This document shows, one piece after another, positions 27,483-39,006 of a stretch of 64,000 nt of DNA. The stretch is from Podarcis melisellensis (Eukaryota). Every line of letters begins with the position of its first letter. The stretch's first letter is position 1. A program made the position numbers and the translations under genes. The DNA is taken from NCBI GenBank assembly GCA_964234715.1, contig OZ174284.1; one strand, written 5' to 3'. The notes under the pieces are model-generated. The model made no database searches, was not told where the DNA came from, and saw only the letters and a program-made list of their open reading frames with translations.

Positions 27483-28016
27483 TAGAATGCTCACGATTCC
27501 CATTGGCTGAGTCCACTGGCGTTACCAGTCTCAGGAAGCAAGTTTAGACATGCACAACAATATCCATTAGTTCACCTTTTTACTTTCTCCTATATAAATT
27601 GATTGCTGCCATTTTTTTCCTAGGGAGGAAAGTAAACTGCTGCATTTGAGGATATTGGTACAGTAAGGGGGCAAAACTCTTCCCCAAAACTGAATGGCCT
27701 ATCTCATACTTGTTGGGGTCTCATTGTGTGTGCAGTGGGGGGTGCAATGAATGTTTGTAAACAGAAGTACAATATATTACATACAACCTCATGAGTCTTT
27801 AGTATATACAAACTCCCTTCCACTCATGATCATGACCGAGATTTTACTTGCCGTTCTCTTCTGGGACCCAAAGGTAATAATAAATAAAGAATATAGAAAA
27901 ATACAGCTGATACAGAAGGGACACCATAATTACACTGGAACTAAAACTAACAACATCATCTGAAAGCCTACTTGGTCCTAATGATTCTCTGAACATTCAG
28001 CTGGCATGGTCTGAAA

Positions 28017-28147
28017 CAGGTGTTGGAAACTCCCCCCCCCCCCCCAATGTTGCTGAACTTCAACTCCCAACAATAAGAGCTGGTTACCAGGAATGATTGG
28101 AGTTGAACTTCAGCAACCTCTGGAACTCCAGAGGTTGTCTACATCTG
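28017..28147. mobile_element. Degraded palindromic hAT-type MITE; similar relics near 24600-24690, 37170-37305 and 43039-43166
   Basis: Fold-back gttgctgaacttcaactcc...ggagttgaacttcagcaac with cagg...ctg ends. Confidence 0.6.
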
Positions 28148-29794
28148 GTCTACAATCTAAATCAGTGAGATCCACATGTATCATCCATTTTAATTTATGT
28201 AAATTTAAAATTGCCTGCCATTGAAGTGGAATTGAAAAAATACAGTGACTCGTCTTCCTACTAAACATTATAGCATTTTATGGAAATAATTTCTCAAAGA
28301 AATAGTATGATCTATTGCAAGAGCTTCAAGTTATAAGTTCATGAATCAAAAATGTTAATGCAAGATAATGATTTCTTAAGAATGTTTTGCACATTTTCCT
28401 AAAGGGGAAGACAGAAGTTTACAAATACTTCTGGGAAGTATTTTCCATATCCACAAGCCCCCTGCAGAATAAGTATGTCTGCGTTAATTCCCTCTGCTGC
28501 CTTCACTTTCTTCACATAATGGATTTTGAGTAAAGGGGATTCTAATCCCCGTCTTAATTTGATATGTTGAACAGTTTCCATACATCATCCAGTCAAAAGC
28601 ACTGCTGTGAGTATTCACATTGTTTAATAATATGCTCTGTGGCTGATTCAGAACAACACTTCTTCAAGCTTCTGTACCCTCCTCTTCATTGAGGACATCA
28701 TTATCTAGACCCACAGTCAGAAGACCCTTGAGAAATTCCACTTCAATAAGTTTTGACCCCACCATCGAGATCAGACAAGAGCATTCCATGCACCAGGTTC
28801 ACTTTGGGCAAATACTGTGTCCGGTAATGGTCATATACATAATCACCACTGTATACTGAAAAAATGCTGAACACCTCTCATATCTCTACATTGTCCTAGT
28901 TCCTACCCAGAACATACCACAAGGCCCATCGTCTATGTGAAATTTAATCTGTTTTAGTATTTCAAATTATTGTATGTTCTAATGTAATGCATTTTTTTCC
29001 TGATCTTATGGAAGAACTGGAAGAAAGAACAAGATCTTCAGGGTCCTTGCTTACTGTGGGCATTCTTAAGCAGATGATTACAGAGCAAACAAAAGTCATT
29101 CAATAAAAATAGAAGTATTAGAGGAAAAATAGATACAAAATTGACAAGATTAGAAGGAGCTGACAATGAAATGAGGAATGAAACTAAACCAGAGAGGATT
29201 GAAATGGAAAATGGGAACAGAAATTACCTAGAGGATCATTTCTCAGATATCCCAACAATACTTGTATGGAATTTAATCATTTTCATTGGGACGGCAAAGT
29301 TTTAATCCTTCCCCACCCATGAGTCTGACAAAAATGGCCCTCCACCACAATTAGTATTACAAAAAGTTTCCCATTGGCACTAATGGAGCTTGCTTCCAAT
29401 GCTGATTGCAGTTTAATGTTGGTGTTCTGTGATTGGGGAGGAAATAGTTAATTGTCCCCTCTTTGTGCATTGTGGTTCCAATAAAACACACACCCTCCTT
29501 CCATGCTGGGTGGCAATTTTTCAAAAATTTGTAATCCATGCAATTATTGTCTGTTTTGGCTATGAGACAGTAATTTCTACCTTCCAGGCTTACAACAGGT
29601 GTTAATTAACATAGCAAAGCTAGGGTGATTGTGTTATCCCCAATTACTTGTGTTATGAATGGTCACTTAGCTTATCTTAAGCTTCACACAGAATTTTTAC
29701 AGACCGCACTTTTTGCAACTCATGGGAATATGGCTCCATCTATAACCTCCACCCACATGTGCATGTGTGGCCACACAACTGAATATAACACTTC

Positions 29795-29890
29795 ATGCAT
29801 CTGACAAAGTGAATTCTAGTCCATTAAGACTTATGCCATAATACACCTTTTAATCTTTCAGGTACCGCAAGACACTAGGTTACTTTTTTC
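29795..29890 (+). mobile_element. Heavily decayed Penelope-like terminal repeat fragment
   Basis: atgcatctgacaaagtg...ttatgccataata...aggtaccgcaagac resembles the PLE terminal unit, but the hammerhead core is destroyed. Confidence 0.5.
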
Positions 29891-31242
29891 TGTAGCAGAT
29901 TCACAAAGCTATTTGTTTCGAAGATGCTTCCAGATCTTTTCTAGGACCGCTGGCATCTCCCTTCATTTGAAGTGATGCTCCTCATTCCACAATGTATTGA
30001 ACAGACCATATCTAAAGGCAGCAAAGTTTAACTGATGGCTACAGTACAGAGAACATCTCACTCTCACTCCTCTTATTTTATTTTGGCAGAAAGGGGTAGA
30101 AAATGGGATGGCAGCCATCTTGCAGGCCCCTTGCTGCTCCTGGTAAATTCATCCCTCATAAAACTCTTTTCAGGCTGAACTGCTGTAAGATTTTATATGC
30201 TACTTGGTTTACCCAAGTCACAATCAATGCTTTCTGGGGTTTTATGAGCAGTAAACTTTAGCACTGACAATTACGAAAACTCCTTAAAATCCATACACAG
30301 AGAAATAGTGGTGGGAAAAGTGAGCCGAGATGTAAGCCAAGGGCCCAAAATCAGAATTAAGAGGTGGAAATTATGCCAGGGGCTTTCAAGTAAATGGAAA
30401 ATTCCCACCTCTCTGCTGCAGAGGGCATTTTGTGTGGCTTAGTAGCTACTTTTGCCAATCTAATAACGGGCACAATGAAGGAGACAGTGAAAGTTGCTTA
30501 ACAGTCAAACCTGATATTGATATTGTAGCAAAAATATCACACCACATCTCTGAGCAGTGTGAGATTCCAGGGGTCAGGCACTTACCCGGGGTTTGTGTTT
30601 CCTTTAGCAATGAGGCATTGTGGAGAATGTGGTGTCTTTATGATAATATGGTTTATTGACAAATATATACCACCTGAGCTATGATGGAGGGGCTTTCAGC
30701 ATTACACACTGAGAGGGTCAGACAGTCAGCCCACATTGCTCTGACACCCGCTTTTTCCAGCTCACAAAATGCAACTATCTTTCCTCTTGCTTACATCAGG
30801 CAAAAACTCTTGTCCTGAATACAACTGCTCTCCTTCCAACTCTAAAACTCTACTTCAGAAACGGTTTGTCTTCATAAATAATTCTGAGTTGAGAAAGAGG
30901 CCCCTCCCATTTGCTCTCTGGCACTGAGCCACTCCCTTTGTCCCAGCTAATGACTCATCATTAGTATGCTATCACCAGGCTGGCCCCTGGCTTGTATTTC
31001 AACATGCTAAATTCAATCAGCGCTGGATTCAGGGAGGTGCAGGTGGTTCCCCCATAAAGGGTGCCAAGACGAAACAGCACAAAATTGAGAAGATCCATAA
31101 TTGAGAAGATCCATTTTGGGTCACCAAATTTTGGCTTTGTACAGAGCACCATATGATGAAAGATGACCAAAGTCTGTCTCTCATTCAGTGTCTGGCATCC
31201 CAAAGTTAGGAGGGGAGTCCAGGAACCCCACAAACTTGTAAC

Positions 31243-31516
31243 CATTGGCGTAGCAAGGTCAGGTGTTACCAGGTGTGGAAAATATCTTGTAACCTCTCCC
31301 CCATTTATAACCAGCCTGCAATAATGGTCTGACTCTTTTGGGGAGAGCCAGATTTGTTGAGCTTTTCTGGGGAACGTTTTGGCAGTGGGAAGCCTGTGCA
31401 CGCAAAAGCCACGCTGTCTCTCACAGACGCTGAGTGCCGCACAGCATTTTGTCACCCCCTCAGAGATGGCAGCCGGGGCGGACCACACCCAACACACCCA
31501 CCTTGCGACGCCTTTG
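31243..31516. mobile_element. Non-autonomous hAT element, 274 bp
   Basis: Imperfect TIRs CATTGGCGTAGCAAGGT / ACCTTGCGACGCCTTTG. 8-bp TSD cttgtaac at 31235-31242 and 31517-31524. Confidence 0.85.
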
Positions 31517-32294
31517 CTTGTAACCATCTAAACTATGGGCCTATGCGGTGCACACACAGTAAACTTATCTTACATGGAAACAGCAGTTACATGAAAACTA
31601 TACTAGGGTTGCCATATTTCAAACAGTGAAAATCTGGACAGAAAAGTATTCCATATATGTCTGGGGAAATCCAGATGTATGGCATCCCTAAGTATACAAC
31701 ATCACTTCCTACTGTAAAAAACATCAGACTGCCAATGTGTACATATAGTTCAAAACCTAGAGCTCATTGAAAATAGCTGTGATCCTTACCAACAGGGGTG
31801 GTACATTTTTCTGTGGTAATACCAATACCTTCTGCTGGCAGAACAGGTAAAATCCCCACCAGTACTGTGCAGAAATGTGCATTAAGGAATACTGAGGATG
31901 GCACGAGCGTTTCTGTGCTGCTAATAGGTGGATGGGGGGGAAAAACATTTACTGGAATACAGGACATTAAAAAAACTTAGACATGATAAGCCTGATAAGG
32001 TACATTGCACAGAACACAAGAATACATTGCAAAGGGACAAAATAAAAACCTTTTAGAAAGGCAAAGAAGGCTTTGTACCTGTAAGTCATTCCAAATCAAT
32101 AGTACTTAGATGTGCTTTACTCTGCACAGTAGTGGGTAGGTAGGTGTGGGAAGGGGTGTGGGATCACATGTGTTGCAAAGTATCATGCCACATTTTATTG
32201 CCATATATAAAGTGCAGGCTAAATCCATGATCCCAGCACTCAGCCCAAGCTACCCTAGGAATAACCAACAATGGGCTACATGTATGTTTGCCAA

Positions 32295-33076
32295 GGTTAT
32301 GCAGATGACACAACCTTGATGGCAGAAAGTGAAGAGGAATTAAATAACCTTTTAATGAGGGTGAAAGAGGAGAGCGCAAAATATGGTCTGAAGCTCAACA
32401 TCAAAAAAACGAAGATCATGGCCACTGGGCCCATCACCTCCTGGCAAATAGAAGGGGAAGAAATGGAGGCAGTGAGAGATTTTACTTTCTTGGGCTCCAT
32501 GATCACTGCAGATGGTGACAGCAGTCATGAAATTAAAAGACGCCTGCTCCTTGGGAGAAAGGCAATGGCAAACCTAGACAGCATCTTAAAAAGCAGAGAC
32601 GTCACCTTGCCCACAAAGGTCCGTATAGTTAAAGCCATGGTTTTCCCAGTAGTGATGTATGGAAGTGAGAGCTGGACCATAAAGAAGGCTGATCGCCGAA
32701 GAATTGATGCTTTTGAATTATGGTGCTGGAGGAGACTCTTGAGAGTCCCATGGACTGCAAGAAGATCAAACACATTCATTCTTAAAGAAATCAGCCCTGA
32801 GTGCTCACTGGAAGGACAGATCATGAAGCTGAGGCTCCAATACTTTGGCCACCTCATGAGAAGAGAAGACTCCTTGGAAAAGACCCTGATGTTGGGAAAG
32901 ATTGAGGGCACAAGGAGAAGGGGACGACAGAGGACGAGATGGTTGGACAGTGTTCTCGAAGCTACAAACATGAGTCTGACCAAACTGCGTGAGGAAGTGG
33001 AAAACTGGAGCGCCTGGTGTGCTCTAGTCCATGGGGTCACGAAGAGTCGGACACGACTAAACGACTAAACAACAAC
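32295..33076 (+). mobile_element. BovB (RTE-clade LINE), 5'-truncated, 782 bp, covering the RT C-terminal part
   Basis: Open frame YADDTTLMAESEEEL...KRRLLLGRKAM...VFPVVMYGSESWTIKKA...FELWCWRRLLRVPWTARRSN. (CAA)n tail. 11-bp TSD atgtttgccaa at 32284-32294 and 33077-33087. Confidence 0.95.
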
Positions 33077-35077
33077 ATGTTTGCCAATACACTGAGCCAG
33101 CTCGTGTTCCTAGGGCTGTAGAATCCAAATCTTGAAGATATGAGCTCCAGCATCTTTTTAAAGAATTGCTAATTGTTCAATCAATGGCAATTGTACCTCT
33201 GCAACTTGCAACCACTCCTATCCTCCAGGCACCGTATCCAGCTCTGCAGTCCAGTGCAGAGAAATCTTAAAAATTAAATGCAAAGATCCATAGGATACAC
33301 AAACCCTGAGATCTTTGGCTGCAGACTTGACAGGAACACACATAAATATTCATCCCTGGTCTGCAGGTTTTGTGTTTGTAACACTGAAGGGAACTAGCTG
33401 CCACTCACGTACCCATGGGGCCTAGAGGAGTGAAGGAAGAGACTGAAGAATATGCCTTATTTTTTCACAGAAATTATTCTATCAGAAAACACCCCCCCCC
33501 TGAAGAATAGCCTCATTTCTGCCCCTAATAACTAGTGATTTGGACCAATTCATTTTGAGCCTGTAATACCTGCAAATGCAATAAGCCTTAAAGGGCCAGG
33601 AAAAGGGCGGGCTGTGAAAAGAATTTGTGACTCTGCTGCTGCAGAACTGGGAAAATTAGTGAAAGAGCAGGAAAGTGGCTTCCTTCCCCTCCCCCAGAAA
33701 GCCTTAGCTGCCTATCAGGGCCTGGTGCATACCAGGTCATCATAGTACTTTTGCCAGGCCAGGGAGCTAGAGGCTGGAGGGAAGTCTGGGCATGGTGAGG
33801 CAGAAACAATTCAATGGCAGAAACAGCAGGAAGACCCCAAATACGGAAGCTTTTAGGGGATGGGCAGGGCCAGTGCGGGGTGTGGCCTGTGAAGAGGGTA
33901 TGTGACCAGGGAGTGGGTGTGGCTTAGGGAGAGTCCTGTGAATCTGATAGGCCTGGAAGACCACATATTGCTCCTAGGCCTGAGGTTCTTCACCTCTGAC
34001 ACATAGGGTGAATGCCTCAGGACCCATTGCAGGTTTGAGTACCTTAACACTTTCAAATGGAAAGCAAGTATGTCCTCTTGCTAATAGGAAATACGTAGAA
34101 GGTGGGTTTTTAGGAACTCTCGGATGTTCTGAACTAGGAATGCTTAAGAATTCTGTTTCATTTGCATTTTTTAAGCAAAGCAACCAGATGTACAAATTGA
34201 AACAAAGTTATCCTTTGGTTGTCACACTCCTCCAAACATTCTGGTCCTGTTCTCAGCTCAAAGAACTACCAAAAAGCCTATTAAATTGTGTACTTTAGGC
34301 CAAAGTGCACACAAAATCATATATTTTAGGATAAAAAGTATATTTTATCTAAAGATATGTAAAAAGATGTGTGTCCTGTGAGGAAATAAGTAACAAAGAA
34401 TGCAGATTTCCATGCAGATTTATGAAGAACAAGAGAGAAGGCACTTACGAATGAACACCACCCAACCATTCCTTCTCAACACCCTTCTCTCTCCTCTGTT
34501 GGAAGACAGAACTGGGTGTGTCATGTGGCTTGTCATGCAACCCCTGCACTTAGGCCTGTTATCCTCAGGTGCAGTGGAGGATGCCAATATTGAAGTAGAA
34601 TTCCACTGCTAGTCCAGTCCGCTTCTGAACACGGAATCAGGAACAGTTCATAATTCTATGCATTTACCTGACAGGGTGATGCTGCAGTGATAGCTTCCAA
34701 ATAGGAGCATCACTGCTGCTTACAGGGATGGGAAGGGGCAAGATGGCAGCAAGGTTGGTGCTGTGCAGCCACACTGGTAGAGCCAATCCAGTGTTCCCAC
34801 CTATGCATCCACACAGCCCCAGCCTTGCTGGTGCCTCACCCCTACCAGTGTGTGGCAAGTGATACTGCTATCCAGAAGCTATTGTGGCAGCTCTGCTCCA
34901 CTGGGCAAGCCACACCTGCATGCAGTTGGTGTGTGTGGATCATCTTTTTTGCCTCAGGCAGCAAAATGTCTTGGGCCAACTTAACCATCAATCATTATTC
35001 TGAACTCACTTTAAAAAGGAAGAACAAATGTGTTCTAAAGAAACATCAAAGTGTAACATTGCAAAGAATAAACATAT

Positions 35078-35165
35078 AAAAAAATTGTCCAGTAGCACCT
35101 TAGACACCAACTAAGTTTGTTCTTGGTATAGGCTTTCATGTGCTTGCTCACTTCTTCAGATACAC
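35078..35165 (-). mobile_element. Penelope-like element terminal fragment with a minimal hammerhead ribozyme remnant
   Basis: Minus strand GTATCTGAAGAAGTGAGCAAGCACATGAAAGCCTATACC...TTAGTTGGTGTCTAAGGTGCTACTGGAC, containing the CUGANGA...GAAA core. Confidence 0.75.
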
Positions 35166-38017
35166 AAAGGATACTTTTGCGGTTCATATAATTGAAGCCA
35201 ATGTCTTGGAAAAAACAGAATCAGTTTACATTCTTTGGCAAGTTATTCGTGAGGCAAAAAAGAATAGATGCAGCATTATTTAGCTATAGCTGCTCTTCTA
35301 GACACACAGGGGAAGCAGCTTTTTAAAATGAAAGTGTCGCTTTTTAAAGTTTGTCTTTAAACAGTGAACAGAATTTTACATGGCAATTTAACAAGGAAGT
35401 TTGCATCTGGGGGATATTCAGCAGGGGTAAATGTTTGGTGCAGGAGGTGTTTATCTTGCAGTTTTGTCTAGTTTTATCATATCTGCTGTGGACTAAATTA
35501 GTGCTGACTTAAGCTTAACCACAAGGCTGTGGTTTTGAGTTTCCATAAAGCAGTACTCCTGTTTTGCTAGGTGAAGATAACCTCGGGGCTTATTCAAACT
35601 CCTGGAAGGAACATGATAGGCAATATTTGATTTCAACAGCTAAATATAATATTATTGATTTCTGATGTTCATAGTGCTATCAGCAATATCTAAATAAAAC
35701 AACAAAATTGGCAACAATATGATTGCAGGGAAGGAATGTGGCTATGATAAGTTTTGAAAATACAGCTTTTCAAAATACAAAAAACAAACAAACCCAGGCT
35801 TTGTGCAATTATCAGAGTGCCAGAGCTCCCAATTCAATTGTTTTCCAAACACCCTAGAAATTTGAAGTTTGGTTATCCCCCAGACCTATGAAAAAACAGT
35901 TGGTTAATATTTCATCAACCATTTTGGTTATTATTATTAAGTCTCTATAAATCCCTCACTAAAGTCCTGTTTAATGTGAGTTAATGAAAGTCATTCTGGA
36001 TAAGATATCTGGAGTTATTTTCTTTTGCTCACTCACCTGCCTGATAGATGCCACTCCTGCCCAACTGTAGCATGTTACTTACATCTCAATCAATCCTACA
36101 ACCCAACCCCAAATACATTCATGCAGGAGAAGGTCCCAATGTGTTCTGTAAAATGTACTCTCTGGTAAATAAATAAGTTTAGGGGTTCAATCGAAAGGCT
36201 ACTGTCTTTGTGAGAAGAAAAGAAGCTTTCTTTTACTTTTGTTTGTTTGCCACTTGATCTGCCCCTCATTTTTTTCATTATTGTCTTCTAATGAGAAGTT
36301 TGTTGTTATTAGGAATTTACAAAGCTGCCTTATACGAGTCAGACCAATGGTCCATCTAGCTCAGTATTATCTACGATGGTTGTAGCTCCCCAGGGTTTCA
36401 GAGTCTTTCCCAGCCCTACCTGAGGGAGCTGAGGAGCAAACCTGGCACTGTCTGCACACAAAACAGATGCAGGCACCAAGAAATCCAGTGAGGGATGTTT
36501 TCCTTCTATACTGATGCATCACACACTCAAATGCTGCACCTGTTGCTTCTCTACCTATCACAAAGCTCTGAAACACACAAGAGCCAGTAAACAAAACAGG
36601 CAGAAACTCCCTTCATCTGTAATTTAGCTTAGTAAGTTCTCATACATTTTTGCCCTTTTGTGAGCTTAAATGGGAATTGCTGTAGCTACGGGTGGCACTA
36701 AATGGCCAAGGGGAAGGGGACCCACCAATTTCCTTGCAGCCAAGGGCCCAAAAAAACTTGGAGTCGAGCCTGTCTATACAAAAGTCTATATGAAGGAGGA
36801 ATATTTCATCTTCCAAATGTTGACATGCGTAACTCATGTTGCCTCCAGTGTGCTGAATGTCCCAAGATATGCAACCACATTGCTCAGTGAACTAGAAGCC
36901 ATCGTGTGTCCACAATACCCCCTTTTGATATATTCCTTCTGACAGGAATTTGAGATGGATAGGATCCACCATGTCCTCATCATGAATCTCTGACAACGAA
37001 TTTCAACTAAACTGTCACTCCACTTTTTATGTTCTACATAATGATGTTGATAGTGTGCTATCTATTATCACTGATGCTTGTTTCCTGTCTGGATTAGAAA
37101 ACACTTCCCAAATTCAGTGTTCATTTATCTTGTAGGAGTTTTAAACTAGTTTCATGATGTAATGCATTGCAGGGGTGGAGAACCTGTGCTACTTCAGGCC
37201 TTGTTGACTCTTAACTTTCATTAGCCCCAGCCAGGATCTTGGATTGTCAGAGACAATGGGAATTGTAGTCCAACAGCATCTGGAGTGTCATAGGTTCCCA
37301 TGCCTGCTATAGCACCTCAAGGCTGTAAGAAAACACTGCATTTTTTAAAAAAAATCAAACCTGGTTTCCCTTATTTCCCCTGACCTTGCATAACCCCTGC
37401 AGTTTCAAAGTGTTACCCCCTGTATTGTTTTCAACACACATTAACTATGTAGTATGGATTACTGCAGAGGGTGCCAACCTTGGGGGGGCAGTGGCCATAT
37501 CTAGAATTTTGAGGATGTTCCGTGGGTGTGTCCCAAAAAGGCTGCCATGGAGTGTGGCACAATAAAAAAATGGCTGCCACATCTAAAAGAGCAGAAAAAG
37601 CGAAAGGACCACAAAATTACTTAGGCATCTCCCCCCCCCCCCCCGGGGCCTCCAGTCAAGAGGTAGAAGGGCACCTGCATTAGTCACCACCACATTCAGT
37701 CACAGAGGAAAGCTCTTTGCACCTCTCCTCTGTTCAGATTTTTCTATTATTGTCTCTTGCAGTTATTACTGTTGTGAATTGCTTTGGTATTCACTGAATG
37801 AAAAGTGGCATGATGATGATGGTGATGCCTGGACCTCCATTGTAACCTATCAAGGAAGCTAGACTGGATTACCTTTGAAGTCCCTTCCTGTTCTATGATT
37901 CTATAATTCAGGAGGGAGGAAGCTTTCTGACTCCAAGGTCCACACTCCCTCATTGCTAACCATCCAGAGTCCATGCGTCAGCAGCGGGAAGGGCCATACC
38001 CTCATACATAACCCACA

Positions 38018-38024
<7 letters not shown>

Positions 38025-38098
<74 letters not shown>
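38025..38098. repeat. Compound (TC)n(AC)n microsatellite
   Basis: Seen directly. Confidence 0.98.
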
Positions 38099-38099
<1 letters not shown>

Positions 38100-38790
38100 A
38101 TTTTCCCAGAATTAAAAGTAAAAATTGGTCAGAAGGTATCCAAATTGGAAATTGAATCTGCAAGAATGCCACACAATCCCTAATCAAGATATATGTGGGT
38201 GACTGTCTAAATCTGATCCCTGGAAGAAACCCCATGCAGAGGTGTATTCTAAGAAATTTTCCAGACGATTTCCTCAAGAAGCCAATGTTAGGCAGAATCC
38301 TGATTTGAGACCTCATGAGTCCCAAGCTGGCTGAGTTTACTTAGGGCATCTCCACACAATACATTTAAAGCACATCTAAAGTGCATGGCTTCCCTGGAAA
38401 CTATAGTTTACCTCTCACAGAGCTATCATTCCCAGCACCCACAAAACTACAGTTTCCATGAGTCTTTGAGGGAAGCCATGTGCTTTAAATATAGCATCAA
38501 CTTTTGTCACTATTTCCCTCAGAAATGCAGATTCTGAATCATCCTCTCAGATATACCTTTACCAGATCCTAAGTAAGAAATCAAAGCCAGGAACTCAAAG
38601 CAAACTCTGAGACTTTCACTTCTTCCCTGTTAACGGTGAAACATATTACCAAAGTGCTTCCTGAGTAAGCCACTTCCGATCCTGGGGAGGAGATGGGGTG
38701 GCGGGCTTCACGCCCATCCCACATGCGCGGGGGCTGGCTTCAGCCCCCGCGAGACTGAGGGAATCCTGGCTGCATCGCCCACCCAGCCAG

Positions 38791-38860
38791 CCAATCGGGT
38801 GGCTGGGGGGCGTGGCCTGCCCTATTTAGGGCCGGCGCGGCCGGGGCTCGCCCTCTTTTC
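38791..38860 (+). promoter_or_regulatory. Pol II core-promoter-like array within the element
   Basis: CCAAT 38791-38795, GC box ggggcgtggc ~38807-38816, TATTTA 38823-38828, pyrimidine initiator ccctcttttc 38851-38860 about 30 nt after TATA. Confidence 0.55.
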
Positions 38861-38952
38861 GCCGCGCCAGCCAGCTGATTTTCCCACCCTCCCTCCCTTT
38901 AGGTAGGCTCCTGACATTGCTATGGGCTTCGGTCGGTTGCCACAAGGGGCCT

Positions 38953-39006
38953 GGTAGGAATTTTTTTTCCAATTGGCGATTTCAACCAATCGGTTTTTCA
39001 CCTACC
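38953..39006 (+). ncRNA. ENE-like cis RNA structure (U-rich internal loop between two helices)
   Basis: GGUAGG-AA-U8-CCAAUUGG-loop-CCAAUCGG-U5-CA-CCUACC. Confidence 0.55.

Noticed and set aside
32525-33040. 171-aa antisense ORF; likewise 40736-41077
   Set aside because: Antisense open frames of the BovB and L2 fragments.
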